NCBI RefSeq assembly: GCF_037042905.1
Contig: NC_087251.1
Coordinates: 32,924,001 to 32,988,000, forward strand
Length of the DNA: 64,000 bases
DNA from: Lytechinus pictus
Lineage: Eukaryota
Direction of reading: 5' to 3'
Under the pieces are notes generated by a model. It had not been told where the DNA came from. It did not search any database and was given only the letters and a program-made list of their open reading frames with translations. Shown piece after piece: positions 1 through 15,000 of this stretch. Each line of letters begins with the position of its first letter. Position 1 is the first letter of the stretch. The position numbers and the translations under genes were made by a program.

Positions 1-3000
1 AAGTCTGAATTTTCGACCCCCTCGCCCAACCCTCGACATGGAAAATTGGGCAAAATTGGGCAAAATTGAGCAAAATAATATTTGTTCAATATTTCCCCCG
101 AAACCCCCCCAAATCAGCCGTCCTCGCTTCCTGAGATGTTTTAGCTTCCTAACCAATTATGACAGCGAGAATCAAGAGGATCCAGGGAGTTTGAATTTTC
201 GACCCCTCGCCCCACCCGCGACATGAAAAATTTGGCAAAATTGGCCAAAATTGAGCAAAATAATATTTGTTCAAAATTTCCCCCGAAACCCCCCCCTAAT
301 CAGCCGTCTTCGCTCCTGGGATGTTTTAGCATCCTAACCGATTATTACAGCGAGAATCAAGAGGATCCAGGGAGTTTGAATTTTCGACCCCCTCGCCCCA
401 CCCGCGACATGGAAAATTGGGCAAAATTGGCCAAAATTGAGCAAAATAATATTTGTTCAATATTTCCCCCCAAACCCCCCCAAATCAGCCGTCTTCGCTC
501 CTTGAGATGTTTTAGCATCCTAACCGATTATTACAGCAAGAATCAAGAGGATCCAGGGAGTTTGAATTTTCGACCCCCTCGCCCCACCCGCGACATGGAA
601 AATTGGCCAAAATTGAGCAAAATAATATTTGTTAAATATTTCCCCCGAAACCCCCCCAATCAGCCGTCTTTGCTCCCTGGGATGTTTTAGCATCCTAACC
701 GATTATTACAGCGAGAATCAAGAGGATCCAGGAAGTCTGAATTTTCGACCCCCTCGCCCAACCCTCGACATGGAAAATTGGGCAAAATTGGGCAAAATTG
801 AGCAAAATAATATTTGTTCAATATTTCCCCCGAAACCCCCCCAAATCAGCCGTCCTCGCTTCCTGAGATGTTTTAGCTTCCTAACCAATTATGACAGCGA
901 GAATCAAGAGGATCCAGGGAGTTTGAATTTTCGACCCCTCGCCCCACCCGCGACATGAAAAATTTGGCAAAATTGGCCAAAATTGAGCAAAATAATATTT
1001 GTTCAATATTTCCCCCCAAACCCCCCCAAATCAACCGTCTTCGCTCCTGGGATGTTTTAGCATCCTAACCGATTATTACAGCAAGAATCAAGAGGATCCA
1101 GGGAGTTTGAATTTTCGACCCCCTCGCCCCACCCGCGACATGGAAAATTGGGCAAAATTGGCCAAAATTGAGCAAAATAATATTTGTTCAATATTTCCCC
1201 CGAAACCCCCCCAATCAGCCGTCTTTGCTCCCTGGGATGTTTTAGCATCCTAACCGATTATTACAGCGAGAATCAAGAGGATCCAGGAAGTCTGAATTTT
1301 CGACCCCCTCGCCCAACCCTCGACATGGAAAATTGGGCAAAATTGGGCAAAATTGAGCAAAATAATATTTGTTCAATATTTCCCCCGAAACCCCCCCAAT
1401 CAGCCGTCTTTGCTCCCTGGGATGTTTTAGCATCCTAACCGATTATTACAGCGAGAATCAAGAGGATCCAGGGAGTTTGAATTTTCGACCCCTCGCCCCA
1501 TCCGCGACATGAAAAATTTGGCAAAATTGGCCAAAATTGAGCAAAATAATATTTGTTCAATATTTCCCCCGAAACCCCCCCCCCTAATCAGCCGTCTTCG
1601 CTCCTTGGGATGTTTTAGCATCCTAACCGATTATTACAGCAAGAATCAAGAGGATCCAGGGACTTTGAATTTTCGACCCCCTCGCCCCACCCGCGACATG
1701 GAAAATTGGGCAAAATTGGACAAAATTGAGTAAAATAATATTTGTTCAGTATTTCCCCCGAAACCCCCCCCCAAATCAGCCGTCTTCGCTCCCTGGGATG
1801 TTTTAGCATCCTAACCGATTATTACAGCGAGAATCAAGAGGATCCAGGAAGTTCGAATTTTCAACCCCATTGCCCCACCCGCGGCATGGAAAATTGGGCA
1901 AAATTTGCCAAAATTGAGCAAAATAATATTTGTTCAATATTTCCCCCGAAACCCCCCCAAATCAGCCGTCTTCGCTCCCTGGGATGTTTTAGCATCCTAA
2001 CCGATTATTACAGCGAGAATCAAGAGGATCCAGGGAGTTTGAATTTTCGACCCCCTCGCCCCACCCGCGACATGGAAAATTGGGCAAAATTGGCAAAAAT
2101 TGAGCAAAATAATATTTGTTCAATATTTCCCCCGAAACCCCCCCAAATCAGCCGTCTTCGCTCCCTGGGATGTTTTAGCATCCTAACCGATTATTACAGC
2201 GAGAATCATGAGGATCCAGGGAGTTTGAATTTTTGACCCCCTCGCCCCACCCGCGACATGGAAAATTGGGCAAAATTGGCCAAAAGTGAGCAAAATAATA
2301 TTTGTTCAATATTTCCCCCGAAACCCCCCCAAATCAGCCGTCTTTGCTCCCTGGGATGTTTAAGCATCCTAACCGATTATTACAGCGAGAATCAAGAGGA
2401 TCCAGGGAGTTTGAATTTTCGACCCCATTGCCCCACCCACGATATGGAAAATTGGGCAAAATTGGCCAAAATTGAGCAAAATAATATTTGTTCAATATTT
2501 TCCCCGAAACCCCCCCAAATCAGCCGTCTTCGCTCCCTGGGATGTTTTAGCATCCTAACCGATTATTACAGCGAGAATCATGAGGATCCAGGGAGTTTGA
2601 ATTTTTGACCCCCTCCCCCCACCCGCGACATGAAAAATTGGGCAAAATTGGCCAAAATTGAGCAAAATAATATTTGTTCAATATTTCCCCCGAAACCCCC
2701 CCAAATCAGCCGTCTTCGCTCCCTGGAATGTTTTAGCATCCTAACCGATTATTACAGCGAGAATCAAGAGAATCAAGAGGATCCAGGGAGTTTGAATTTT
2801 CGACCCCCTCGCCCCACCCGCGACATGGAAAATTGGGCAAATTTGGCCAAAATTGAGCAAAATAATATTTGTTCAATATTTCCCCCGAAACCCCCCCAAA
2901 TCAGCCGTCTTCGCTCCCTGGGATGTTTTAGCATCCTAACCGATTATTACAGCGAGAATCAAGAGGATCCAGGGAGTTTGAATTTTCGACCCCCTCGCCC

Positions 3001-6000
3001 CACCCGCGACATGGAAAATTGGGCAAAATTGGCCAAAATTGAGCAAAATAATATTTGTTCAATATTTCCCCCGAAACCCCCCCAAATCAGCCGTCTTCGC
3101 TCCCTGGGATGTTTTAGCATCCTAACTGATTATTACAGCGAGAATCAAGAGTATCCAGGGAGTTTAAATTTTCGACCCCCTCGCCCCACTCGCGACATGG
3201 AAAATTGGGCAAAATTGGCCAAAATTGAGCAAAATAATATTTGTTCAATATTTCCCCCGAAACCCCCCCAAATCAGCCGTCTTCGCTCCCTGGAATGTTT
3301 TAGCATCCTAACCGATTATTACAGCGAGAATCAAGAGGATCCAGGGAGTTTGAATTTTCGACCCCCTCGCCCCACCCGCGACATGGAAAATTGGGCAAAA
3401 TTAAGCAAAATAATATTTGTTCAATATTTCCCCCGAAACCCCCCCAAATCAGCCGTCTTTGCTCCCTGGGATGTTTTAGCATCCTAACCGATTATTACAG
3501 CGAGAATCAAGAGGATCCAGGGAGTTTGAATTTTCGACCCCATTGCCCCACCCACGACATGGAAAATTGGGCAAAATTGGGCAAAATTGAGCTAAATAAT
3601 ATTTCCCCCGAAACCCCCCCAAATCAGCCGTCTTCGCTCCCTGGGATGTTTTAGCATCCTAACTGATTATTACAGCGAGAATCAAGAGGATCCAGGGAGT
3701 TTAAATTTTCGACCCCCTCGCCCCACCCGCGACATGGAAAATTGGGCAAATTTGGCCAAAATTGAGCAAAATAATATTTGTTCAATATTTCCCCGGAAAC
3801 CCCCCCAAATCAGCCGTCTTTGCTCCCTGGGATGTTTTAGCATCCTAACCGATTATTACAGCGAGAATCAAGAGGATCCAGGGAGTTTGAATTTTCGACC
3901 CCATTGCCCCACCCACGACATGGAAAATTGGGCAAAATTGGCCAAAATTGAGCAAAATAATATTTCCCCCGAAACCCCCCCAAATCAGCCGTCTTCGCTC
4001 CCTGGGATGTTTTAGCATCCTAACCGATTATTACAGCGAGAATCAAGAGGATCCAGGAAGTTCGAATTTTCAACCCCATTGCCCCACCCGCGGCATGGAA
4101 AATTGGGCAAAATTTGCCAAAATTGAGCAAAATAATATTTGTTCAATATTTCCCCCGAAACCCCCCCAAATCAGCCGTCTTCGCTCCCTGGGATGTTTTA
4201 GCATCCTAACCGATTATTACAGCGAGAATCAAGAGGATCCAGGGAGTTTGAATTTTCGACCCCCTCGCCCCACCCGCGACATGGAAAATTGGGCAAAATT
4301 GAGCAAAATAATATTTGTTCAATATTTCCCCCGAAACCCCCCCAAATCAGCCGTCTTCGCTCCCTGGGATGTTTTAGCATCCTAACCGATTATTACAGCG
4401 AGAATCATGAGGATCCAGGGAGTTTGAATTTTTGACCCCCTCGCCCCACCCGCGACATGGAAAATTGGGCAAAATTGGCCAAAAGTGACCAAAATAATAT
4501 TTGTTCAATATTTCCCCCGAAACCCCCCCAAATCAGCCGTCTTTGCTCCCTGGGATGTTTAAGCATCCTAACCGATTATTACAGCGAGAATCAAGAGGAT
4601 CCAGGGAGTTTGAATTTTCGACCCCATTGCCCCACCCACGATATGGAAAATTGGGCAAAATTGGCCAAAATTGAGCAAAATAATATTTGTTCAATATTTT
4701 CCCCGAAACCCCCCCAAATCAGCCGTCTTCGCTCCCTGGGATGTTTTAGCATCCTAACCGATTATTACAGCGAGAATCATGAGGATCCAGGGAGTTTGAA
4801 TTTTTGACCCCCTCCCCCCACCCGCGACATGAAAAATTGGGCAAAATTGGCCAAAATTGAGCAAAATAATATTTGTTCAATATTTCCCCCGAAACCCCCC
4901 CAAATCAGCCGTCTTCGCTCCCTGGAATGTTTTAGCATCCTAACCGATTATTACAGCGAGAATCAAGAGAATCAAGAGGATCCAGGGAGTTTGAATTTTC
5001 GACCCCCTCGCCCCACCCGCGACATGGAAAATTGGGCAAATTTGGCCAAAATTGAGCAAAATAATATTTGTTCAATATTTCCCCCGAAACCCCCCCAAAT
5101 CAGCCGTCTTCGCTCCCTGGGATGTTTTAGCATCCTAACCGATTATTACAGCGAGAATCAAGAGGATCCAGGGAGTTTGAATTTTCGACCCCCTCGCCCC
5201 ACCCGCGACATGGAAAATTGGGCAAAATTGGGCAAAATTGAGCAAAATAATATTTGTTCAATATTTCCCCCGAAACCCCCCCAAATCAGCCGTCTTCGCT
5301 CCCTGGGATGTTTTAGCATCCTAACTGATTATTACAGCGAGAATCAAGAGTATCCAGGGAGTTTAAATTTTCGACCCCCTCGCCCCACTCGCGACATGGA
5401 AAATTGGGCAAAATTGGCCAAAATTGAGCAAAATAATATTTGTTCAATATTTCCCCCGAAACCCCCCCAAATCAGCCGTCTTCGCTCCCTGGAATGTTTT
5501 AGCATCCTAACCGATTATTACAGCGAGAATCAAGAGGATCCAGGGAGTTTGAATTTTCGACCCCCTCGCCCCACCCGCGACATGGAAAATTGGGCAAAAT
5601 TAAGCAAAATAATATTTGTTCAATATTTCCCCCGAAACCCCCCCAAATCAGCCGTCTTTGCTCCCTGGGATGTTTTAGCATCCTAACCGATTATTACAGC
5701 GAGAATCAAGAGGATCCAGGGAGTTTGAATTTTCGACCCCATTGCCCCACCCACGACATGGAAAATTGGGCAAAATTGGGCAAAATTGAGCTAAATAATA
5801 TTTCCCCCGAAACCCCCCCAAATCAGCCGTCTTCGCTCCCTGGGATGTTTTAGCATCCTAACTGATTATTACAGCGAGAATCAAGAGGATCCAGGGAGTT
5901 TAAATTTTCGACCCCCTCGCCCCACCCGCGACATGGAAAATTGGGCAAATTTGGCCAAAATTGAGCAAAATAATATTTGTTCAATATTTCCCCGGAAACC

Positions 6001-9000
6001 CCCCCAAATCAGCCGTCTTTGCTCCCTGGGATGTTTTAGCATCCTAACCGATTATTACAGCGAGAATCAAGAGGATCCAGGGAGTTTGAATTTTCGACCC
6101 CATTGCCCCACCCACGACATGGAAAATTGGGCAAAATTGGCCAAAATTGAGCAAAATAATATTTCCCCCGAAACCCCCCCAAATCAGCCGTCTTCGCTCC
6201 CTGGGATGTTTTAGCATCCTAACTGATTATTACAGCGAGAATCAAGAGGATCCAGGGAGTTTAAATTTTCGACCCCCTCGCCCCACCCGCGACATGGAAA
6301 ATTGGGCAAATTTGGCCAAAATTGAGCAAAATAATATTTGTTCAATATTTCCCCGGAAACCCCCCCAAATCAGCCGTCTTCGCTCCCTGGGATGTTTTAG
6401 CATCCTAACCGATTATTACAGCGAGAATCAAGAGGATCCAGGGAGTTTGAATTTTTGACCCCCTCGACCCACCCGCGACATGGAAAATTGGGCAAAATTG
6501 GACAAAATTGAGTAAAATAATATTTGTTCAATATTTCCCCCGAAACCCCCCCCAAATCAGCCGTCTTCGCTCCCTGGGATGTTTTAGCATCCTAACCGAT
6601 TATTACAGCGAGAATCAAGAGGATCCAGGAAGTTCGAATTTTCAACCCCATTGCCCCACCCGCGGCATGGAAAATTGGGCAAAATTTGCCAAAATTGAGC
6701 AAAATAATATTTGTTCAATATTTCCCCCGAAACCCCCCCAAATCAGCCGTCTTTGCTCCCTGGGATGTTTTAGCATCCTAACCGATTATTACAGCGAGAA
6801 TCAAGAGGATCCAGGGAGTTTGAATTTTCGACCCCCTCGCCCCACCCGCGACATGGAAAATTGGGCAAAATTGGCCAAAATTGAGCAAAATAATATTTGT
6901 TCAATATTTCCCCCGAAACCCCCCCAAATCAGCCGTCTTCGCTCCCTGGGATGTTTTAGCATCCTAACCGATTATTACAGCGAGAATCATGAGGATCCAG
7001 GGAGTTTGAATTTTTGACCCCCTCGCCCCACCCGCGACATGGAAAATTGGGCAAAATTGGCCAAAAGTGAGCAAAATAATATTTGTTCAATATTTCCCCC
7101 GAAACCCCCCCAAATCAGCCGTCTTTGCTCCCTGGGATGTTTTAGCATCCTAACCGATTATTACAGCGAGAATCAAGAGGATCCAGGGAGTTTGAATTTT
7201 CGACCCCATTGCCCCACCCACGATATGGAAAATTGGGCAAAATTGGCCAAAATTGAGCAAAATAATATTTGTTCAATATTTTCCCCGAAACCCCCCCAAA
7301 TCAGCCGTCTTCGCTCCCTGGGATGTTTTAGCATCCTAACCGATTATTACAGCGAGAATCATGAGGATCCAGGGAGTTTGAATTTTTGACCCCCTCCCCC
7401 CACCCGCGACATGAAAAATTGGGCAAAATTGGCCAAAATTGAGCAAAATAATATTTGTTCAATATTTCCCCCGAAACCCCCCCAAATCAGCCGTCTTCGC
7501 TCCCTGGAATGTTTTAGCATCCTAACCAATTATTACAGCGAGAATCAAGAGAATCAAGAGGATCCAGGGAGTTTGAATTTTCGACCCCCTCGCCCCACCC
7601 GCGACATGGAAAATTGGGCAAATTTGGCCAAAATTGAGCAAAATAATATTTGTTCAATATTTCCCCCGAAACCCCCCCAAATCAGCCGTCTTCGCTCCCT
7701 GGGATTTTTTAGCATCCTAACCGATTATTACAGCGAGAATCAAGAGGATCCAGGGAGTTTGAATTTTCGACCCCCTCGCCCCACCCGCGACATGGAAAAT
7801 TGGGCAAAATTGGCCAAAATTGAGCAAAATAATATTTGTTCAATATTTCCCCCGAAACCCCCCCAAATCAGCCGTCTTCGCTCCCTGGGATGTTTTAGCA
7901 TCCTAACTGATTATTACAGCGAGAATCAAGAGGATCCAGGGAGTTTAAATTTTCGACCCCCTCGCCCCACTCGCGACATGGAAAATTGGGCAAAATTGGC
8001 CAAAATTGAGCAAAATAATATTTGTTCAATATTTCCCCCGAAACCCCCCCAAATCAGCCGTCTTCGCTCCCTGGAATGTTTTAGCATCCTAACCGATTAT
8101 TACAGCGAGAATCAAGAGGATCCAGGGAGTTTGAATTTTCGACCCCCTCGCCCCACCCGCGACATGGAAAATTGGGCAAAATTGGCCAAAATTAAGCAAA
8201 ATAATATTTGTTCAATATTTCCCCCGAAACCCCCCCAAATCAGCCGTCTTTGCTCCCTGGGATGTTTTAGCATCCTAACCGATTATTACAGCGAGAATCA
8301 AGAGGATCCAGGGAGTTTGAATTTTCGACCCCATTGCCCCACCCACGACATGGAAAATTGGGCAAAATTGGGCAAAATTGAGCAAAATAATATTTCCCCC
8401 GAAACCCCCCGAAATCAGCCGTCTTCGCTCCCTGGGATGTTTTAGCATCCTAACTGATTATTACAGCGAGAATCAAGAGGATCCAGGGAGTTTAAATTTT
8501 CGACCCCCTCGCCCCACCCGCGACATGGAAAATTGGGCAAATTTGGCCAAAATTGAGCAAAATAATATTTGTTCAATATTTCCCCGGAAACCCCCCCAAA
8601 TCAGCCGTCTTCGCTCCCTGGAATGTTTTAGCATCCTAACCGATTATTACAGCGAGAATCAAGAGGATCCAGGGAGCTTGAATTTTCGACCCCCTCGCCC
8701 CACCCGCGACATGGAAAATTGGGCAAAATTTGCCAAAATTGAGCAAAATAATATTTGTTCAATATTTCCCCCGAAACCCCCCCAAATCAGCCGTCTTCGC
8801 TCCCTGGGATGTTTTAGCATCCTAACCGATTATTACAGCGAGAATCAAGAGGATCCAGGGAGTTTGAATTTTCGACCCCCTCGCCCCACCCGCGACATGG
8901 AAAATTGGGCAAAATTGGCCAAAATTGAGCAAAATAATATTTGTTCAATATTTCCCCCGAAACCCCCCCAAATCAGCCGTCTTCGCTCCCTGGGATGTTT

Positions 9001-12000
9001 TAGCATCCTAACCGATTATTACAGCGAGAATCATGAGGATCCAGGGAGTTTGAATTTTTGACCCCCTCGCCCCACCCGCGACATGGAAAATTGGGCAAAA
9101 TTGGCCAAAAGTGAGCAAAATAATATTTGTTCAATATTTCCCCCGAAACCCCCCCAAATCAGCCGTCTTTGCTCCCTGGGATGTTTAAGCATCCTAACCG
9201 ATTATTACAGCGAGAATCAAGAGGATCCAGGGAGTTTGAATTTTCGACCCCATTGCCCCACCCACGATATGGAAAATTGGGCAAAATTGGCCAAAATTGA
9301 GCAAAATAATATTTGTTCAATATTTTCCCCGAAACCCCCCCAAATCAGCCGTCTTCGCTCCCTGGGATGTTTTAGCATCCTAACTGATTATTACAGCGAG
9401 AATCAAGAGGATCCAGGGAGTTTAAATTTTCGACCCCCTCGCCCCACCCGCGACATGGAAAATTGGGCAAATTTGGCCAAAATTGAGCAAAATAATATTT
9501 GTTCAATATTTCCCCGGAAACCCCCCCAAATCAGCCGTCTTCGCTCCCTGGAATGTTTTAGCATCCTAACCGATTATTACAGCGAGAATCAAGAGGATCC
9601 AGGGAGCTTGAATTTTCGACCCCCTCGCCCCACCCGCGACATGGAAAATTGGGCAAAATTGGCCAAAATTAAGCAAAATAATATTTGTTCAATATTTCCC
9701 CCGAAACCCCCCCAAATCAGCCGTCTTTGCTCCCTGGGATGTTTTAGCATCCTAACCGATTATTACAGCGAGAATCAAGAGGATCCAGGGAGTTTGAATT
9801 TTCGACCCCATTGCCCCACCCACGACATGGAAAATTGGGCAAAATTGGCCAAAATTGAGCAAAATAATATTTCCCCCGAAACCCCCCCAAATCAGCCGTC
9901 TTCGCTCCCTGGGATGTTTTAGCATCCTAACTGATTATTACAGCGAGAATCAAGAGGATCCAGGAAGTTTAAATTTTCGACCCCCTCGCCCCACCCGCGA
10001 CATGGAAAATTGGGCAAATTTGGCCAAAATTGAGCAAAGTAATATTTGTTCAATATTTCCCCGGAAACCCCCCCAAATCAGCCGTCTTCGCTCCCTGGGA
10101 TGTTTTAGCATCCTAACCGATTATTACAGCGAGAATCAAGAGGATCCAGGGAGTTTGAATTTTTGACCCCCTCGACATGGAAAATTGGGCAAAATTGGAC
10201 AAAATTGAGTAAAATAATATTTGTTCAATATTTCCCCCGAAACCCCCCCAAATCAGCCGTCTTTGCTCCCTGGAATGTTTTAGCATCCTAACCGATTATT
10301 ACAGCGAGAATCAAGAGGATCCAGGGAATTTGAATTTTCGACCCCCTCGCCCCACCCGCGACATGGAAAATTGGGCAAAATTGGCCAGAATTGAGCAAAA
10401 TAATATTTCTTCAGTATTTCCCCCGAAACCCCCCCAAATCAGCCGTCTTCGCTCCCTGGGATGTTTTAGCATCCTAACCGATTATTACAGCGAGAATCAA
10501 GAGGATCCAGGAAGTTCGAATTTTCAACCCCATTGCCCCACCCGCGGCATGGAAAATTGGGCAAAATTGGCCAAAATTGAGCAAAATAATATTTGTTCAA
10601 TATTTCCCCCGAAACCCCCCCAAATCAGCCGTCTTTGCTCCCTGGAATGTTTTAGCATCCTAACCGATTATTACAGCGAGAATCAAGAGGATCCAGGGAA
10701 TTTGAATTTTCGACCCCCTCGCCCCACCCGCGACATGGAAAATTGGGCAAAATTGGCCAGAATTGAGCAAAATAATATTTCTTCAGTATTTCCCCCGAAA
10801 CCCCCCCAAATCAGCCGTCTTCGCTCCCTGGGATGTTTTAGCATCCTAACCGATTATTACAGCGAGAATCAAGAGGATCCAGGAAGTCTGAATTTTCGAC
10901 CCCCTCGCCCAACCCTCGACATGGAAAATTGGGCAAAATTGGGCAAAATTGAGCAAAATAATATTTGTTCAATATTTCCCCCGAAACCCCCCCAAATCAG
11001 CCGTCCTCGCTTCCTGAGATGTTTTAGCTTCCTAACCAATTATGACAGCGAGAATCAAGAGGATCCAGGGAGTTTGAATTTTCGACCCCTCGCCCCACCC
11101 GCGACATGAAAAATTTGGCAAAATTGGCCAAAATTGAGCAAAATAATATTTGTTCAATATTTCCCCCCAAACCCCCCCAAATCAACCGTCTTCGCTCCTG
11201 GGATGTTTTAGCATCCTAACCGATTATTACAGCAAGAATCAAGAGGATCCAGGGAGTTTGAATTTTCGACCCCCTCGCCCCACCCGCGACATGGAAAATT
11301 GGGCAAAATTGGCCAAAATTGAGCAAAATAATATTTGTTCAATATTTCCCCCGAAACCCCCCCAATCAGCCGTCTTTGCTCCCTGGGATGTTTTAGCATC
11401 CTAACCGATTATTACAGCGAGAATCAAGAGGATCCAGGAAGTCTGAATTTTCGACCCCCTCGCCCAACCCTCGACATGGAAAATTGGGCAAAATTGGGCA
11501 AAATTGAGCAAAATAATATTTGTTCAATATTTCCCCCGAAACCCCCCCAATCAGCCGTCTTTGCTCCCTGGGATGTTTTAGCATCCTAACCGATTATTAC
11601 AGCGAGAATCAAGAGGATCCAGGGAGTTTGAATTTTCGACCCCTCGCCCCATCCGCGACATGAAAAATTGGGCAAAATTGGCCAAAATTGAGCAAAATAA
11701 TATTTGTTCAATATTTCCCCCGAAACCCCCCCCCCTAATCAGCCGTCTTCGCTCCTTGGGATGTTTTAGCATCCTAACCGATTATTACAGCAAGAATCAA
11801 GAGGATCCAGGGACTTTGAATTTTCGACCCCCTCGCCCCACCCGCGACATGGAAAATTGGGCAAAATTGGGCAAAATTGAGCAAAATAATATTTGTTCAA
11901 TATTTCCCCCGAAACCCCCCCAAATCAGCCGTCTTCGCTCCCTGGGATGTTTTAGCATCCTAACCGATTATTACAGCGAGAATCATGAGGATCCAGGGAG

Positions 12001-15000
12001 TTTGAATTTTTGACCCCCTCGACCCACCCGCGACATGGAAAATTGGGCAAAATTGGCCAAAATTGAGCAAAATAATATTTGTTCAATATTTCCCCCGAAA
12101 CCCCCCCAAATCAGCCGTCTTTGCTCCCTGGGATGTTTTAGCATCCTAACCGATTATTACAGCGAGAATCAAGAGAATCAAGAGGATCCAGGGAGTTTGA
12201 ATTTTCGACCCCATCGCCCCACCCGCGACATGGAAAATTGGGCAAAATTTGACAAATTGAGTAAAATAATATTTGTTCAATATTTCCCCCGAAACCCCCC
12301 CAAATCAGCCGTCTTTGCTCCCTGGAATGTTTTAGCATCCTAACCGATTATTACAGCGAGAATCAAGAGGATCCAGGGAATTTGAATTTTCGACCCCCTC
12401 GCCCCACCCGCGACATGGAAAATTGGGCAAAACTGGCCAGAATTTAGCAAAATAATATTTGTTCAGTATTTCCCCCGAAACCCCCCGAAATCAGCCGCTT
12501 CGCTCCCTGGGATGTTTTAGCATCCTAACTGATTATTACAGCGAGAATCAAGAGGATCCAGGAAGTTCGAATTTTCAACCCCATTGCCCCACTTGCGGCA
12601 TGGAAAATTGGGCAAAATTGGCAAAAATTGAGCAAAATAATATTGTTCAATATTTCCCCCGAAACCCCCCCAAATCAGCCGTCTTCGCTCCCTGGGATGT
12701 TTTAGCATCCTAACCGATTATTACAGCGAGAATCATGAGGATCCAGGGAGTTTGAATTTTTGACCCCCTCGCCCCACCCGCGACATGGAAAATTGGGCAA
12801 AATTGGCAAAAATTGAGCAAAATAATATTTGTTCAATATTTCCAACGAAACCCCCCCAAATCAGCAGTCTTTGCTCCCTGGGATGTTTTAGCATCCTAAC
12901 CGATTATTACAGCGAGAATCAAGAGAATCAAGAGGATCCAGGGAGTTTGAATTTTCGACCCCCTCGCCCCACCTGCGACATGGAAAATTGGGCAAAATTG
13001 AGCAAAATAATATTTGTTCAATATTTCCCCCGAAACCCCCCCAAATCAGCCGTCTTCGCTCCCTGGGATGTTTTAGCATCCTAACCGATTATTACAGCGA
13101 GAATCATGAGGATCCAGGGAGTTTGAATTTTTGACCCCCTCGCCCCACCCGCGACAAGGAAAATTGGGCAAAATTGGCCAAAATTGAGCAAAATAATATT
13201 TGTACAATATTTACCCCGAAACCCCCCCAAATCAGCCGTCTTCGCTCCCTGGGATGTTTTAGCATCCTAACCGATTATTACAGCGAGAATCAAGAGGATC
13301 CAGGGAGTTTTAATTTTCGACCCCATTGCCCCACCCGCGACATGGAAAATTTGGCAAAATTGGCCAAAATTGAGCAAAATAATATTTGTTCAATATTTCC
13401 CCCGAAACCCCCCCAAATCAGCCGTCTTCGCTCCCTTGGATGTTTTAGCATCCTAACCGATCATTACAGCGAGAATCAAGAGGATCCAGGGAGTTTGAAT
13501 TTTCGACCCCCTCGCCCCACCCGCGGCATGGAAAATTGGGCAAAATTGGGCAAAATTGAGCAAAATAACATTTGTTAAATATTTCCCCCGAAACCCCCCC
13601 CAAATCAGCCGTCTTCGATCCCTGGGATGTTTTAGCATCCTAACTGATTACTACAGCGAGAATCAAGAGGATCCAGGGAGTTTGAATTTTCGACCCCCTC
13701 GCCCCACCCGCGACATGGAAAATTGGGCAAAATTGGTCAAAATTGAGCAAAATAATATTTGTTCAATATTTCCCTCGAAACCCCCCCCCCCAAATCAGCC
13801 GTCTTTGCTCCCTGGGATGTTTTAGCATCCTAACCGATTATTACAGCGAGAATCAAGAGGATCCAGGGAGTTTGAATTTTCGACCCCCTCGCCCCACCCG
13901 CTACATGGAAAATTGGGCAAAATTGGCCAAAATTGAGCAAAATAATATTTGTTCAATATTTCCCCCGAAACCCCCCCAAATCAGCCGTCTTCGCTTCCTG
14001 GGATGTTTTAGCATCCTAACCGATTATTACAGCGAGAATCAAGAGGATCCAGGGAGTTTTAATTTTCGACCCGCTCGCCCCACCCGCGACATGGAAAATT
14101 GGGCAAAATTGGCCAAAATTGAGCAAAATATTATTTGTTCAATAATTCCCCCGAAACCCCCCCAAATCAGCCGTCTTCGCTCCCTGTGATGTTTTAGCAT
14201 CCTAATTGATTATTACAGCGAGAATCAAGAGGATCCAGGGAGTTTTAATTTTCGACCCCATTGCCCCACCCGCGACATGGAAAATTGGCCAAAATTGGCC
14301 AAAATTGAGCAAAATAATATTTGTTCAATATTTCCCTCGAAACCCCCCCCCCCAAATCAGCCGTCTTTGCTCCCTGGGATGTTTTAGCATCCTAACCAAT
14401 TATTACAGCGAGAATCAAGAGGATGCAGGGAGTTTGAATTTTCGACCCCCTCGCCCCACCCGCGACATGGAAAATTGGGCAAAATTGGCCAAAATTGAGC
14501 AAAATAATATTTGTTCAATATTTCCCCCGAAACCCCCCCAAATCAGCCGTCTTCGCTCCCTGTGATGTTTTAGCATCCTAATTGATTATTACAGCGAGAA
14601 TCAAGAGGATCCAGGGAGTTTGAATTTTCGACCCCATTGCCCCACCCGCGACATGGAAAATTTGGCAAAATTGGCCAAAATTGAGCAAAATAATATTTGT
14701 TCAATATTTCCCCCGAAAACCCCCCAAATCAGCCGTCTTCGCTCCCTGGGATGTTTTAGCAAGCTAACTGATTATTACAGCGAGAATCAAGAGGATCCAG
14801 GGAGTTTGAATTTTCGACCCCCTCGCCCCACCTGCGACATGGAAAATTGGGCAAAATTGAGCAACATAATATTTGTTCAATATTTCCCCCGAAACCCCCC
14901 CCCCCAAAATCAGCCGTCTTTGCTCCCTGGGATGTTTTAGCATCCTAACCGATTATTACAGCGAGAATCAAGAGGATCCAGGGAGTTTGAATTTTAGACC

